DNA of 64,000 bases from Acidobacteriota bacterium (GCA_965205505.1 CBDBHB010000008.1:1216001-1280000); one strand, 5' to 3'. Positions 40,612-50,883 are shown, numbered from the stretch's first letter. Notes: generated by a model from the sequence alone, not told the origin. Made by a program: numbers and translations.

Positions 40612-40992
40612 TCAGTCAAGAATCTCGCCGATCAGAGCGATGTTGGACACCGCCAGGACGAACGCGGCGGCACCATCAGTACGATTGCTCACCGAGTACG
40701 AGTGCTCGATGTTGATCCCAGCCTCGCCGAGCTCCTGCGCGATCTCTGCCAGGTTGCCGGGCTCGTCGGGAACCACGAGCCGCAGCACATCGACTAGCTC
40801 GACAGCGAACCCCGCCTCGGTCAAGAGCTCAGCGGCTCGCTCCGGGTCGCTCGTGAGGACGTGGGCAGTAGGTTCCCACACGGCGAAGCCGACGATGTTG
40901 ATTCCGCTGGCGCCGAGCGTCTCGGAAATCCTTCCCAATACGCCGGGCTCGTCGGCCACCCGGATCCTCAGCTCGCGCGCAGCCGCCATCAT
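40612..40992 (-). CDS. Tandem ACT-domain protein
   Basis: Two DEPGxL..I...LG..GINI motifs. Confidence 0.85.
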   Translation of the reverse strand: MMAAARELRIRVADEPGVLGRISETLGASGINIVGFAVWEPTAHVLTSDPERAAELLTEAGFAVELVDVLRLVVPDEPGNLAEIAQELGEAGINIEHSYSVSNRTDGAAAFVLAVSNIALIGEILD

Positions 40993-41178
40993 CCCTCCAC
41001 GGTGAGCCCCACCGGGGCACATCGTAGCAGCCGCCCGCAGGACACAGTAGAGGATGGGCCGTGGCCAGCAGTGGCGCATGCAGGTGGCATGGCGTCAGCA
41101 CGGCATGCCGTCGTGATGACAACGATGGCCTATCGTAGCGGCTCGAGTGGCCTTGCTACGCAACAGCAGGTGGTGACG

Positions 41179-41397
41179 ATGAGGTTCCGCGTCAAAGTGA
41201 ACGCAAGCTCCAAGTCAGAGGGGGTGCGCCTGCTCGAGGAAGGCTTCTACCAGATACGTACGCACGCCCCGGCTGAAGGGGGCAAGGCCAACCGACGTGT
41301 GCTGGAGCTTCTGGCGCGCGAGCTCGGATGCAGCTGCGATCGCCTGCGCATCGTGGCCGGATCCAGCAGCTCGCTGAAGCAGGTGGAATGGGTCTGA
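41179..41397 (+). CDS. DUF167/YggU family protein
   Basis: APAEGGKAN, IVAGSSSSLK. Confidence 0.85.
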   Translation: MRFRVKVNASSKSEGVRLLEEGFYQIRTHAPAEGGKANRRVLELLARELGCSCDRLRIVAGSSSSLKQVEWV

Positions 41398-41417
41398 GCC
41401 CCGCAACGTTGCCCGCG

Positions 41418-42068
41418 TCAGACGAGCACGGGTCCGCGCGCAACGCGGCGCGCTAGCATCAGACCCCACGGCCCCCAGAGTACGTACGCCATGCGGACGG
41501 GCGCCGCGCCGACCGGCACCTCCAGCATCAAGTGGGCCCCCACGGCAGCGATCGACAACACCGCGAAGACACTCGACAGATACCCGAAGGCGCGTCCGGA
41601 CGCGCGTGCGCCGAGCGCCGTGCCATTCGTCCTGCCTAGCACGTGCCATCCGATCATCGCCCACCAGGCCCCAACGGCCAGGACAGCCATCACCTCGCTC
41701 AATACGATCGGCCAGTCGGCAAGATCAGCGAGCAGTCCTACACCCGACACCAGAAAGCCCGCAGCCCCGAGGAGAGCCCACGAGCGCAGCTGCCTAGCCC
41801 TTCGAGGCAACACTGGCCTGGCGCCAAGTGCCACCGACGCGGCGGCCAGTGCCACGGCGGCCAATGCGAACCCCCAGCCCACTACGAGCCCGGATCGGCC
41901 TGCAAGATGGGAGAACAGCGCTACCGTAGACACGAGCGCGAGCGTACCGCCCGCGAGTGCGGAGCGCGCCACCGGAAGCTGCCAGCCAAACGCGGGATCG
42001 TCGTTGTTCGCGGCGACCTGCGGATCCGCGCCAGCGTTTTCTATCGAGCCTTCGTCGCTGGGTTCCAT
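41418..42068 (-). CDS. Hypothetical membrane protein
   Basis: About six hydrophobic segments. Confidence 0.6.
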   Translation of the reverse strand: MEPSDEGSIENAGADPQVAANNDDPAFGWQLPVARSALAGGTLALVSTVALFSHLAGRSGLVVGWGFALAAVALAAASVALGARPVLPRRARQLRSWALLGAAGFLVSGVGLLADLADWPIVLSEVMAVLAVGAWWAMIGWHVLGRTNGTALGARASGRAFGYLSSVFAVLSIAAVGAHLMLEVPVGAAPVRMAYVLWGPWGLMLARRVARGPVLV

Positions 42069-42112
42069 CGGTCACCGGTTACGGGGCCGAGATCCTCCAA
42101 GAATACCAGCTT

Positions 42113-42133
42113 GTGTCCTGTAACAGGACACTA
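42113..42133. repeat. Short palindrome resembling a collapsed family A element
   Basis: GTGTCCTGT-A-ACAGGACAC-TA; the minus strand reads TAGTGTCCTGTTACAG versus TIR TAGTGGCCTGTAACAG. Confidence 0.45.
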
Positions 42134-42179
42134 AGGGCGCAGGGCAACCGAGAGCCGGCAATGAGCCGGCGCCACGTTC

Positions 42180-42661
42180 TCAGGTGAGCAGCACGAAAGC
42201 CGCCGCTGAGGCGGCAACTTGGATCGTGAAGTTATCGAGGCCGTGGTTGCTAACCGCCTCAACAAGCGCACCGAAGACGCCGCACGCAACGCCGGCGGCC
42301 ACCGCCATCCCGGCGGAGAGCCCGAACAAGCAGAGCCCCGCTGCTGCAGCAATCGCATCGCCCCAACCGCAGACCAAGTAGCCCACGAACGCGAACTGGG
42401 GAAAGAACAGATTGCTAGCCAGCCCGCCAGCAGCCGTCGTAGCCAACGGTACGAGGATAAACAGCGATCTGCGGGGCCGATCGGTGTCGCGTACCATCGC
42501 CTCGTAGATCGGATAGCCGTCGCCGCGCCATACCGAGTAGTGCACGATCGAGGCGACCAAGCTGCCGAATAGCGACACTGCCGGGAGACCTGGAACCCCT
42601 CGCGGTTCAGAAGAAACTCGAACACGTAGGCCATGTCGATGTCGTCCTCGGCTACCATCAG
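42180..42661 (-). pseudogene. Chimeric remnant: receiver-domain N-terminus joined to a deleted phytol/dolichol kinase-like gene
   Basis: LMVAEDDIDMAYVFEFLLNREGFQV followed by GWGDAIA and EAVSNHGLDN motifs; intervening conserved segment and N-terminus are absent. Confidence 0.6.
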
Positions 42662-42870
42662 ACGAGGAATGTGCAATCGGCTCACCGGCTCGGCTCCTAG
42701 AATCATCTCTAACGTCGTTCGCCCTGGGCGGGTGACCGCGTTGATACGCAGGGTGTCAACAGCGATGCTAACAACGTGCGTTGAACACCAGAAGCTAAGT
42801 TTTATTATTATTATTTTTTATTGGTTATTATTAGATAAACTTAGACATTAAAAGATGTCTGAGGACGGCC

Positions 42871-43698
42871 ATGGACGCCGATCTTAGCGGCCTGCTCGAA
42901 TTCGCTGTCTCTATGGCGCACCAGGCTGGTCGCACAACGCTGCGCTATTTCGACGCCGCCATGCACATCGAGCTCAAGGCGGATTCCACACCGGTGACAC
43001 AGGCCGATCGTGAGGCCGAACAACTGTGTCGAGTGCTGATAGAGGCTCGCTTCCCCGACGATGGCATCGTCGGCGAGGAGTTCGGTGCCTGCCGCGTCGA
43101 CGCGGCGCGCCGATGGATCATCGACCCGATCGACGGCACCAAGAGCTTCATCCGAGGCGTGCCCCTGTACGGCGTGCTGATCGCGCTCGAGCAGGCGGGC
43201 CGACCGGTGCTCGGCGTGGTCCATTTCCCGGCCCTTTCGGAGACGGTGGCGGCAGCCCGTGGAAGCGGTTGCTACTGGAACGGACGCCGCGCTCGGGTAT
43301 CAGAGGTTGGCACTCTCAAGGACGCGCTAGTGCTGAGCACCGATGCCGAGTCGTTCGCCGAGGAGGGTCGTGGGTCGGAATGGGACCGGTTAACGACCTG
43401 CGCCGCGATGGCGCGAACGTGGGGAGATTGCTACGGCCACGCGCTCGTCGCCACAGGTCGCGCTGAAGCGATGCTCGACCCGGTTCTGGCGCTGTGGGAC
43501 TCTGCCGCGCTGCTCCCCATCGTCGAGGAAGCTGGCGGTGTATTCACCGATTGGGCAGGCCGGCCGATACATGATGGGGGTTCCGGAATCGCCACCAACG
43601 CAGCGCTGGCACAGGAGATTCGAGGGCTGCTCGGCGTCGGCGACTCGGTTTCCTCCAGGGGTCACGGTAGTTGCGCGGACGACCCGGTGGCACAATAG
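42871..43698 (+). CDS. hisN: Histidinol-phosphatase, inositol monophosphatase family
   Basis: PVTQADREAE, GEEFG, WIIDPIDGTKSF, TWGDCYG, WDSAAL. Confidence 0.85.
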   Translation: MDADLSGLLEFAVSMAHQAGRTTLRYFDAAMHIELKADSTPVTQADREAEQLCRVLIEARFPDDGIVGEEFGACRVDAARRWIIDPIDGTKSFIRGVPLYGVLIALEQAGRPVLGVVHFPALSETVAAARGSGCYWNGRRARVSEVGTLKDALVLSTDAESFAEEGRGSEWDRLTTCAAMARTWGDCYGHALVATGRAEAMLDPVLALWDSAALLPIVEEAGGVFTDWAGRPIHDGGSGIATNAALAQEIRGLLGVGDSVSSRGHGSCADDPVAQ

Positions 43699-43704
43699 GC
43701 ATCC

Positions 43705-44865
43705 ATGGACCAGGAGCTCGAGGAACTAGTACGCCCACGCATCGAGGACAGCTACCTCCGCATCCTCGTGGTTGAAGAGGATCCCGAGCTCCGATCCCTG
43801 GTGGTTTCCACGCTTGCCCACTTCGGGTTCGGTTGCCAGGAGGCCACCGATGCCGGTGATGCGCTACGCGTCCTGCGCGAGGCTGCTGCCGGTCGCGACG
43901 ATAGTCCGCTACAGGCCGAGGGGGGCACGCTCACACCGATCGGCGGACGTTACGCCAGCCTGACGTGCGAGTTCGGGATGGTGATCTGTGACGTGCGGAT
44001 GCCCGACCGCGACGGACTCTGGTTTCTCGACCAGGTGCTCACCACGTACCCGGACGTGTCGGTCATCATGCTGACGTCCGTGGATCGCAGCCGTCTGGCA
44101 GTCGAGTGCCTGCGCCGCGGGGCCACTGACTACCTGGTCAAACCCATCGACATGGACGATCTGCTGATCTCCGTCCATCAAGGGCTGGAACGACGGCGCC
44201 TGGTGATCGAGAACCAGCTCTATCAGACGAAGCTCGAACGCATGGTTCAGGATCGGACGTTCGAACTACGACGTGCCCTCGACAAGCTGCGCGACAGCTA
44301 CAACGAGACGCTCACAGCCCTGGCGGCCGCGCTGGACGCACGCGAGCAGGAGACTGCCAACCACTCGGTGCGTGTTTCCGAGGGCTGCACCCGGCTGCTC
44401 CGTCGGCTCGGCATAGACGATGACGAAACGCTACAGGTGATCGAGGCCGGCGCGTTGCTGCACGACATCGGCAAGATCGGCATCCCCGACTCGATCTTGC
44501 TCAAGGAGGGCCCGTTGGACGTAAGCGAGCGCGCCGTGATGAAGCGCCATCCGCAGATCGGCTACGACATGCTGCGCGGCATCCGCTTCCTCGATCCGTC
44601 GTTGGAGCTCGTCCTCTACCACCAAGAGCGCTACGACGGCACTGGGTATCCGCATGGCTTGGCCGGAGAGCACATTCCCCTGGCGGCGCGCGCCTTCGCC
44701 GTCGTCGACGCCTGGGATGCGATGACCAACACCCGCCCTTACCGTCAGGCAATGACGGCGAAGCTGGCGGCAGAGGAGCTGCGCTCGTGCGCTGGCGCGC
44801 ACTTTGACCCGGTGGTCGTCGAGGCGTTCCTCGATATGAAACGTTCCGAAGGGGCCCTCATCTGA
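43705..44865 (+). CDS. Response regulator with HD-GYP c-di-GMP phosphodiesterase domain (RpfG-like)
   Basis: CDVRMP and YLVKP receiver motifs; LLHDIGK, HQERYDGTGYP. Confidence 0.92.
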   Translation: MDQELEELVRPRIEDSYLRILVVEEDPELRSLVVSTLAHFGFGCQEATDAGDALRVLREAAAGRDDSPLQAEGGTLTPIGGRYASLTCEFGMVICDVRMPDRDGLWFLDQVLTTYPDVSVIMLTSVDRSRLAVECLRRGATDYLVKPIDMDDLLISVHQGLERRRLVIENQLYQTKLERMVQDRTFELRRALDKLRDSYNETLTALAAALDAREQETANHSVRVSEGCTRLLRRLGIDDDETLQVIEAGALLHDIGKIGIPDSILLKEGPLDVSERAVMKRHPQIGYDMLRGIRFLDPSLELVLYHQERYDGTGYPHGLAGEHIPLAARAFAVVDAWDAMTNTRPYRQAMTAKLAAEELRSCAGAHFDPVVVEAFLDMKRSEGALI

Positions 44866-46151
44866 GCCCACCCAGCGAGCGAGCGCCGCGCAGAGAGCTG
44901 TTTGCCTGGTGCACGTTCGACTTCGCGAACTCCGGATACACCACCGTCATCATCACGGCCGTCTACAGCGTCTACTTCGTCAGCGTAGTGGCCGAGAATC
45001 GCCCCGAGGCGACCCTCGTCTGGACGCTGGCGCTCTCGGTCTCCTACCTGCTGGTGCTCATCACCGCGCCGCTGCTGGGTGCCATCGCCGACCACTCGGC
45101 CAGCAAGAAGCGGCTGCTCGTGTGGACCACCAGCTTGTGCGTGCTCGCCACGGCTGCGCTGGTAACAACCGGGCGCGGTGATATCTGGCTCGCCTGCGGC
45201 TTGATCATCGTGTCCAACACCTTCTATGCGGCGGGCGAGAACCTGATCGCCGCCTTCTTGCCCGACCTGGCGCCGCCCGAAGACATAGGGAAGCTGTCTG
45301 GATACGGCTGGGCCTGGGGTTACATCGGCGGGCTGGTGGCGCTTGCACTGTGCTTGGTTTATCTACGAACGGCCGTCGCCGGCGGCGCGGTGGAGGCAGA
45401 GGTCGTCCCGAACACCGCATTGATCGTCGCAGGCCTTTTCGCAGTGGCCGTAGTGCCGTCCTTCCTATGGCTTCGTGAGCCCCGCGCCAGCGGTCAGCTG
45501 AACAGCTTTTCGGAGTATGTGGGGGTCGGCTTCTCGCGCCTTCGGACAACGCTACGAGAAGCGCGTCGATTCGGCGACCTGTTCCGATTGTTGCTCTGCA
45601 TCGGCGCGTACAGCGCCGGGGTGACGGTCGTGACCACGGTCGCGGGAGTGTACGCACAACAAGTGCTTCAACTCAGCCAGGTCGAGACGATATCTCTACT
45701 GGTAGTGGTCAACCTGAGCGCCGCAGCCGGCGCCTTCGCCTTCGGCTACATACAGGACCGATTCGGCTCCAAGCGGACGATCGCCATCACGCTGCTGCTG
45801 TGGATCGCAACTACGTTGGGTGCGGCATTCATCGACACCACCATGCAGCTGTTCGTCATCGGAAATATGGCCGGCGTGGCCATCGGATCGAGCCAGTCGG
45901 CCGGCCGCGCGATGGTGGCGCTGTTCTCGCCTGGTGCCAAGGCAGCGGAGTTCTTCGGTCTCTGGGGGATGGCTGTGAAGGCCGCATCAATCGTCGGCCC
46001 GCTGACCTACGGGATAACCAACTACGCCACCGGCTCACACCGCATCGCCCTGGCGATCACCACCGTGTTCTTTCTCGCCGGCCTGGCGTTGTTGTGGCAG
46101 ATTGACGAGGAGCGTGGACGCCGAGTAGCCGAAGCCTACGTCGAAGGCTGA
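44862..46151 (+). CDS. MFS transporter, Atg22/UMF1-like
   Basis: Conserved N-terminus FAWCTFDFANSGY is in frame upstream of the ORF-track start at 44988; PLLGAIAD, EFFGLW; probable CTG start at 44862. Confidence 0.87.
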   Translation: MSPPSERAPRRELFAWCTFDFANSGYTTVIITAVYSVYFVSVVAENRPEATLVWTLALSVSYLLVLITAPLLGAIADHSASKKRLLVWTTSLCVLATAALVTTGRGDIWLACGLIIVSNTFYAAGENLIAAFLPDLAPPEDIGKLSGYGWAWGYIGGLVALALCLVYLRTAVAGGAVEAEVVPNTALIVAGLFAVAVVPSFLWLREPRASGQLNSFSEYVGVGFSRLRTTLREARRFGDLFRLLLCIGAYSAGVTVVTTVAGVYAQQVLQLSQVETISLLVVVNLSAAAGAFAFGYIQDRFGSKRTIAITLLLWIATTLGAAFIDTTMQLFVIGNMAGVAIGSSQSAGRAMVALFSPGAKAAEFFGLWGMAVKAASIVGPLTYGITNYATGSHRIALAITTVFFLAGLALLWQIDEERGRRVAEAYVEG

Positions 46152-49018
46152 GGCGGTATGGCCGCAACGACGCGGTTTCGCCCGCCCGATTTGGCCCGAT
46201 ACATCGCCTCATCGGCACGCTTGAGCAAATCCTCCGCGATCGCGTCGTCGTAGCGCGACGGCGAGGAAATCGTCGCCACACCCACCGAGATCGTGACGGT
46301 CAGGTCGTGGCCGTCGAATCGGAGCCGCTCACCCTCCACTTCGGAGCGCAGCTTCTCGGCCAGGAACCGGGCGCCTTCGGCTCCGGTGTTCGGCAGCAGG
46401 ATGGCGAACTCCTCGCCGCCGAATCGCGCTGGAAGATCGGTGGCACGCACGGTCTGCGCGAGCCCTCGCGCCACCAGTCGCAACACCTCGTCGCCGGCGG
46501 CGTGGCCAAAGCGATCGTTGACCGTCTTGAATCGGTCGAGGTCGAGCACCAGCAGCGACAGATGCTGGTCGGTCGGGACACGCGTCAGCTTGCGTAACTC
46601 GCGTTCCAAGCTGTCGAGGAAGAACCGCCGGTTCGGTAGGCCTGTCAGCTCGTCGGTAGTCGCCATACGCTCGAGCTGGGCGTTTTTCTCGACCAGTTCG
46701 CGTGTGCGGACGTCGACCTTGCGACGCAGTCGGCGGCGATCGTCCTCGATGTGCCGCAACCTGCCTCTGAACAACACGCCGACAAGGAGCAGCGAGAGAA
46801 CCGCCAAGGCGACGCGAAACCAGATCGTCTCCCACACCGCTGGCCGTACCACAAAGCGCACGCGGGCAGGCTCCCTACTCCACAAGCCACTCTCGTTGAT
46901 CGCCTGCAACTCGAAGGTGTACTCGCGCGGGGCAAGGTCCACGAACGTAACGCTGCGCTCCTCCGTGGGGCGTGACCAGACGTCCGACTGTCCGATCAGT
47001 CGGTACTGGAAACGACTGCTCGATTCATCTCGATACGACAGCGCGCTGTACGCGATGGTTACGTCGTTGTGCTCAGGAGGAAGGTCGGCAAGCACGGACT
47101 GGGTTGCCGGCTCGCCGTCGACGAGCACGTGGCGAATCACCACCGCCGGCGGCACCGTCGGCGCAACGCGAACACCGGGGCGAAAGACCGTCAGCCCTGC
47201 GGGGGTACCGAACCAGAGGCGTCCGTCATCGCCCGCAACGGCGGCGCCAGGGTTGCCGGCTGCGGCAACCAGCCCATCTCCGAGATCGTAGTGCGACACA
47301 CCCAGCGACGGATCCCAGCGATCGAGGCCACGGTTGGTGTACAGCCAAACGCGCCCACGGCGATCAACCACTACTTGATGTACGAAATCACTGGCCAGCC
47401 CGTTGCCGTCACGTGTGAGCGCCGAAGTACTGCCGTCTGGCAGGAACCGGATGGCGCCGTGGCCGTTCGTCGCCACCCACACACTGCCGTCGGGCGCCGG
47501 TGCCAGGGACCAAACTGGCGACCGTTGCCAGCCCTCGTCCTTGTCGGGCCGTACGAACCCGCCGTCGATTTGCAGCCATACGCCGCGATCTCGGGTTCCG
47601 ACCCACAGGCGCCCTCGACTGTCGTTTGCGAGGGCGGTCACCGGTGCGTCGGCCAGGCGCGGGCCGGCCGGCGCTGGCATGATGCGATCGCCGATCACAC
47701 GATGCAGGCCGCTGTCGGTCCCCACCCAAACGGTGTCCCCGTGACGATGCAGCGCTCGCACCGCCGGACCGCGTATGAGGCGCGGGCTCCTGCCACGCGG
47801 AGCCCGCAGCAGGCCACGTGTCGTGCCGACGATCAACTCCTCCGTCGTGGCTACAAGCGCCGTGATCTGCCCGGCAGCATCAGCATTCACGTCGAGCGCA
47901 AGGCTCGGTTCCTCACTCCCTCGGAACGAAACGATCCCATCTCGGGTGGCGGCCCACACGGTTCCTGTCGCATCGGTATCGAGCGCTACCACGAAGTCGC
48001 CCCGCATGCCGTGAGCGATCATATAGGTCACAAAGCTCGAAGCCACCAGCTTGGCAGCGCCGCCATCCGTCCCGAACCAGACGTTGCCTTCATGGTCTAC
48101 CAGCACCGCGTTGACGCGGTCATCACCCAGCCCGGCGCGGACGTCGTATACCTCGACAGCCGGTGGGCGCCAGTGGACCGCGCCGCGATCGGTGCCGAAC
48201 CACAGGTCGCCTTCCGGCGAGCGCGCCGCACCAAGCATGTGCGTGCCCTTCGCCTCAGGCACTGGGTCGAGCCGACCACCAACCAGCCGGTACAGTCCGC
48301 GGTCGGTTCCGACCCACAGCAAGCCGCCACTGTCGACGATCAGCACCGTGACCGCGGCGCCGGCAGGCAAGCCGACATCCTCGCGTAGCAGCCGGTCACG
48401 GTGCAGGCGATACAGTCCACCAGGGCCGCCGACCCACGTCCGAGACGACGGGTCCACGACCACCGCCGTACAGCATCCTGGCGGAACTTCAGACTCGGGT
48501 ACGACGCGCCGTGGACCTTCCGGCGTAGTTGCTACCAGGCCGCGTGCTGTCGCGAACCAGAGCGAGCCACTGGGATCCGGGTAAATGGAGCGCACCACGG
48601 CACCATCGAGACCATCACCCAGCAGAACGCGAACGACGCCGTCCTCGATGACCCCCACCCCACCTTCACGCGCGGCAAACACGACGCTGCCATCCGCAGC
48701 TTCAGCCAACGCCACGATGGTGCTACCGATCAGACCACCGGCGACGGTGAAGAGGCTGAACTCAGACCCGTCGTACCGCGTCAGACCGCCGCTAGTACCG
48801 AACCAAAGGTAGCCGCGCCGATCCTGCAAGACGCTGTGCACTCGACTCGCCGGTAACCCGGTGGCGACCGTATAGCGAGTGAAGTTGAACTGTTGCGCAG
48901 CGGCGGTCAACGGCCAGGATGCGGCCGACGCGGCGAGTGCCAGGCACACAGGTACAAACACGCTCACACGGCGCGGGCGAGTTCGAACCTGTGGCAAGAA
49001 AGGCACCGTCGTAGCCAT
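46136..49018 (-). CDS. Diguanylate cyclase with periplasmic ligand-binding propeller + Y_Y_Y domain
   Basis: Repeated G-x-L-W-x-G-T blades, YSALSY/FQYRL, TM helix, TDELTGLPNRR, RFGGEEF. Confidence 0.92.
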   Translation of the reverse strand: MATTVPFLPQVRTRPRRVSVFVPVCLALAASAASWPLTAAAQQFNFTRYTVATGLPASRVHSVLQDRRGYLWFGTSGGLTRYDGSEFSLFTVAGGLIGSTIVALAEAADGSVVFAAREGGVGVIEDGVVRVLLGDGLDGAVVRSIYPDPSGSLWFATARGLVATTPEGPRRVVPESEVPPGCCTAVVVDPSSRTWVGGPGGLYRLHRDRLLREDVGLPAGAAVTVLIVDSGGLLWVGTDRGLYRLVGGRLDPVPEAKGTHMLGAARSPEGDLWFGTDRGAVHWRPPAVEVYDVRAGLGDDRVNAVLVDHEGNVWFGTDGGAAKLVASSFVTYMIAHGMRGDFVVALDTDATGTVWAATRDGIVSFRGSEEPSLALDVNADAAGQITALVATTEELIVGTTRGLLRAPRGRSPRLIRGPAVRALHRHGDTVWVGTDSGLHRVIGDRIMPAPAGPRLADAPVTALANDSRGRLWVGTRDRGVWLQIDGGFVRPDKDEGWQRSPVWSLAPAPDGSVWVATNGHGAIRFLPDGSTSALTRDGNGLASDFVHQVVVDRRGRVWLYTNRGLDRWDPSLGVSHYDLGDGLVAAAGNPGAAVAGDDGRLWFGTPAGLTVFRPGVRVAPTVPPAVVIRHVLVDGEPATQSVLADLPPEHNDVTIAYSALSYRDESSSRFQYRLIGQSDVWSRPTEERSVTFVDLAPREYTFELQAINESGLWSREPARVRFVVRPAVWETIWFRVALAVLSLLLVGVLFRGRLRHIEDDRRRLRRKVDVRTRELVEKNAQLERMATTDELTGLPNRRFFLDSLERELRKLTRVPTDQHLSLLVLDLDRFKTVNDRFGHAAGDEVLRLVARGLAQTVRATDLPARFGGEEFAILLPNTGAEGARFLAEKLRSEVEGERLRFDGHDLTVTISVGVATISSPSRYDDAIAEDLLKRADEAMYRAKSGGRNRVVAAIPPQPST

Positions 49019-49279
49019 CAGTTTCAGGAATGCCGTCCATGAGTTAGCAATACTGACTAATAATGATTAAATAACTGTAACTCTGATTCAACAGAATCAT
49101 GAATATCCTTTTCTTTTCATTTACAATCATTGATGATTTCAAATAGCTGTGGGGACCGGTCACGAGACCGACTCGGCCCGGTCCGCCTGTCGGTGCGCGC
49201 CATCGGCGATTGGCTTCTGTAGAATCGATGTGAGGCTGGCTCCTTGGAGCCGCCGTCAAGCCCGCTGGGCGAGGAAACG

Positions 49280-49522
49280 ATGCAGAGTCCGCAGCTGCTG
49301 GCACCCGATGAGCTTCAGCGCATCATCGAGACCGCGATCCCGAACGCCACTGTGCTGGTCACCGATCTCACCGGCACGCGCGATCACTATCGAGTGGAGG
49401 TGGTGGCAGAGGAGTTCGAGGGCAAGACGCGGCTACAGCAACACCAGCTCGTATACAAGGCCGTCGGCGACCATATGACGCAGGCAGTCCATGCGCTACA
49501 AATCCGCACGAGAACACCCTAG
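49280..49522 (+). CDS. BolA/IbaG family protein
   Basis: DHYRVEVVAEEFEGKTRLQQHQLVY, VHALQI. Confidence 0.92.
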   Translation: MQSPQLLAPDELQRIIETAIPNATVLVTDLTGTRDHYRVEVVAEEFEGKTRLQQHQLVYKAVGDHMTQAVHALQIRTRTP

Positions 49523-49534
49523 GAGCAGCGTCAA

Positions 49535-49876
49535 ATGAGCGAAGAACTGCGTAGTAGCATCGATGCCGCCGTCGCCAATAGCCCCGTTCACGTCTTCATG
49601 AAGGGAACGCCGGACGCGCCCCAGTGTGGATTTTCCAAGGCGTCCTGCGATGTCTTCCGAGCGCTCGGGGTGGAGTTCACAGCGACCAACGTGCTCGAGA
49701 ACCTGGACGCGTATCGTACCGAGTTGGGGCAGATAACCCAGTGGCCTACGATCCCGCAGATCTTTGTTAACGGAGAGTTCATCGGCGGCTGCGATATCCT
49801 CATCGAGATGTACAACCAGGGCGAGTTGCGCAAGCTGCTGGTGGCCGAGACAGCGGTCGTCCAGGACGGCGAATAG
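49535..49876 (+). CDS. grxD: Monothiol glutaredoxin Grx4
   Basis: FMKGTPDAPQCGFS, WPTIPQ, IGGCDI. Confidence 0.93.
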   Translation: MSEELRSSIDAAVANSPVHVFMKGTPDAPQCGFSKASCDVFRALGVEFTATNVLENLDAYRTELGQITQWPTIPQIFVNGEFIGGCDILIEMYNQGELRKLLVAETAVVQDGE

Positions 49877-49913
49877 CGCCCCGCACAGTTACCAACGATC
49901 CACCGGGTTCCCC

Positions 49914-50765
49914 GTGAACCTATACCGGCTGCTGGCCGCATTCACACGCGCCCTCGGACGCGCTGGCCACCAGTTCTGGTTCAACAACGGCTTCAACGAC
50001 TGCGCGGCAATCTCGTACTACGCGTTGCTGTCGATCGTACCGTTGGTGGGGCTGGTTATCGGGGTTCTCAGCCTGTTCGTAGGGGTAACCTCGGAGGAGA
50101 TTGAGCAGATCCTCCGCGAAGGCGGCTGGATCGCTCCGGAGTTCGGCGCGGTGATCAACGCCGCAGTCACCGAGCTGCTCCGACACGGCACCAGCATCGG
50201 CCTTGTGTCGCTGGTGACCACGGTGTGGTTCGCGAGCCTGGTGTTCGGCTCCATTCAGACGGCGTTCGACCGAATCTTCCAGACGTTCCATCCGCCACTG
50301 TGGGGGTTGATGAAACCGCGCCTGGTCGCCCTCGCCGCCGCCATTCTGCTGATGCTGAGCTTCGTGTTCAACATCCTGATGACGGTAGTGAGGAGCGTGG
50401 AGGCACCGCTGGCCGCACGCGTGATCGACTTCGTGGAGCGCTCGGCTTTCTTGAACTTCGCCAGCTCCGTTGTGCTCGACATCCTGGTGTTCATGCTCAT
50501 TCTTTACACCCTGCCTCCGCGCCGCCTGCACGATTGGCGAATGGTCATTCCGGCCGCTTTGGTCGGCGCGGTCGGATGGCGCGTCGCCCGCGCCGGCTTC
50601 GGCATCTACCTGAACTACGCCACGACGAGCCTGACCTTCACGGGCTCGGCCGGCGCCGCCGTTATCTTCATGCTCTGGATCTACTACGCAGCGCTCGTGC
50701 TGCTATACAGCGCGGAGCTACTGGTGGCGCTTGATCAGGCCCGCCGGGACAGCCAGGTCGGCTAG
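49914..50765 (+). CDS. YihY/BrkB family membrane protein
   Basis: AAISYYALLS.VP, MLWIYY..LVLLY.AE. Confidence 0.88.
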   Translation: MNLYRLLAAFTRALGRAGHQFWFNNGFNDCAAISYYALLSIVPLVGLVIGVLSLFVGVTSEEIEQILREGGWIAPEFGAVINAAVTELLRHGTSIGLVSLVTTVWFASLVFGSIQTAFDRIFQTFHPPLWGLMKPRLVALAAAILLMLSFVFNILMTVVRSVEAPLAARVIDFVERSAFLNFASSVVLDILVFMLILYTLPPRRLHDWRMVIPAALVGAVGWRVARAGFGIYLNYATTSLTFTGSAGAAVIFMLWIYYAALVLLYSAELLVALDQARRDSQVG

Positions 50766-50865
50766 TGGTCTGTAACAGATGATCGTTGCATATCGCAGAT
50801 GGGATTTGCGGGTGAGATCAAGGCGCGGCGAGGAAGGCGATGCAATGGGCATCGTCGACGAGGCG
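50762..50865 (+). repeat. Truncated left part of family A element
   Basis: Near-identical to 35314-35417; its CTAG contains the yihY-like gene's stop. Confidence 0.87.
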
Positions 50866-50883
50866 GTGGAAGTGTGGAAGGCC

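Noticed and set aside
41085-41100. TGGCAT-N5-CAGCA as a second sigma54 promoter
   Set aside because: GG-N10-GC spacing fits but the -12 TTGC element is absent; likely chance in GC-rich DNA.
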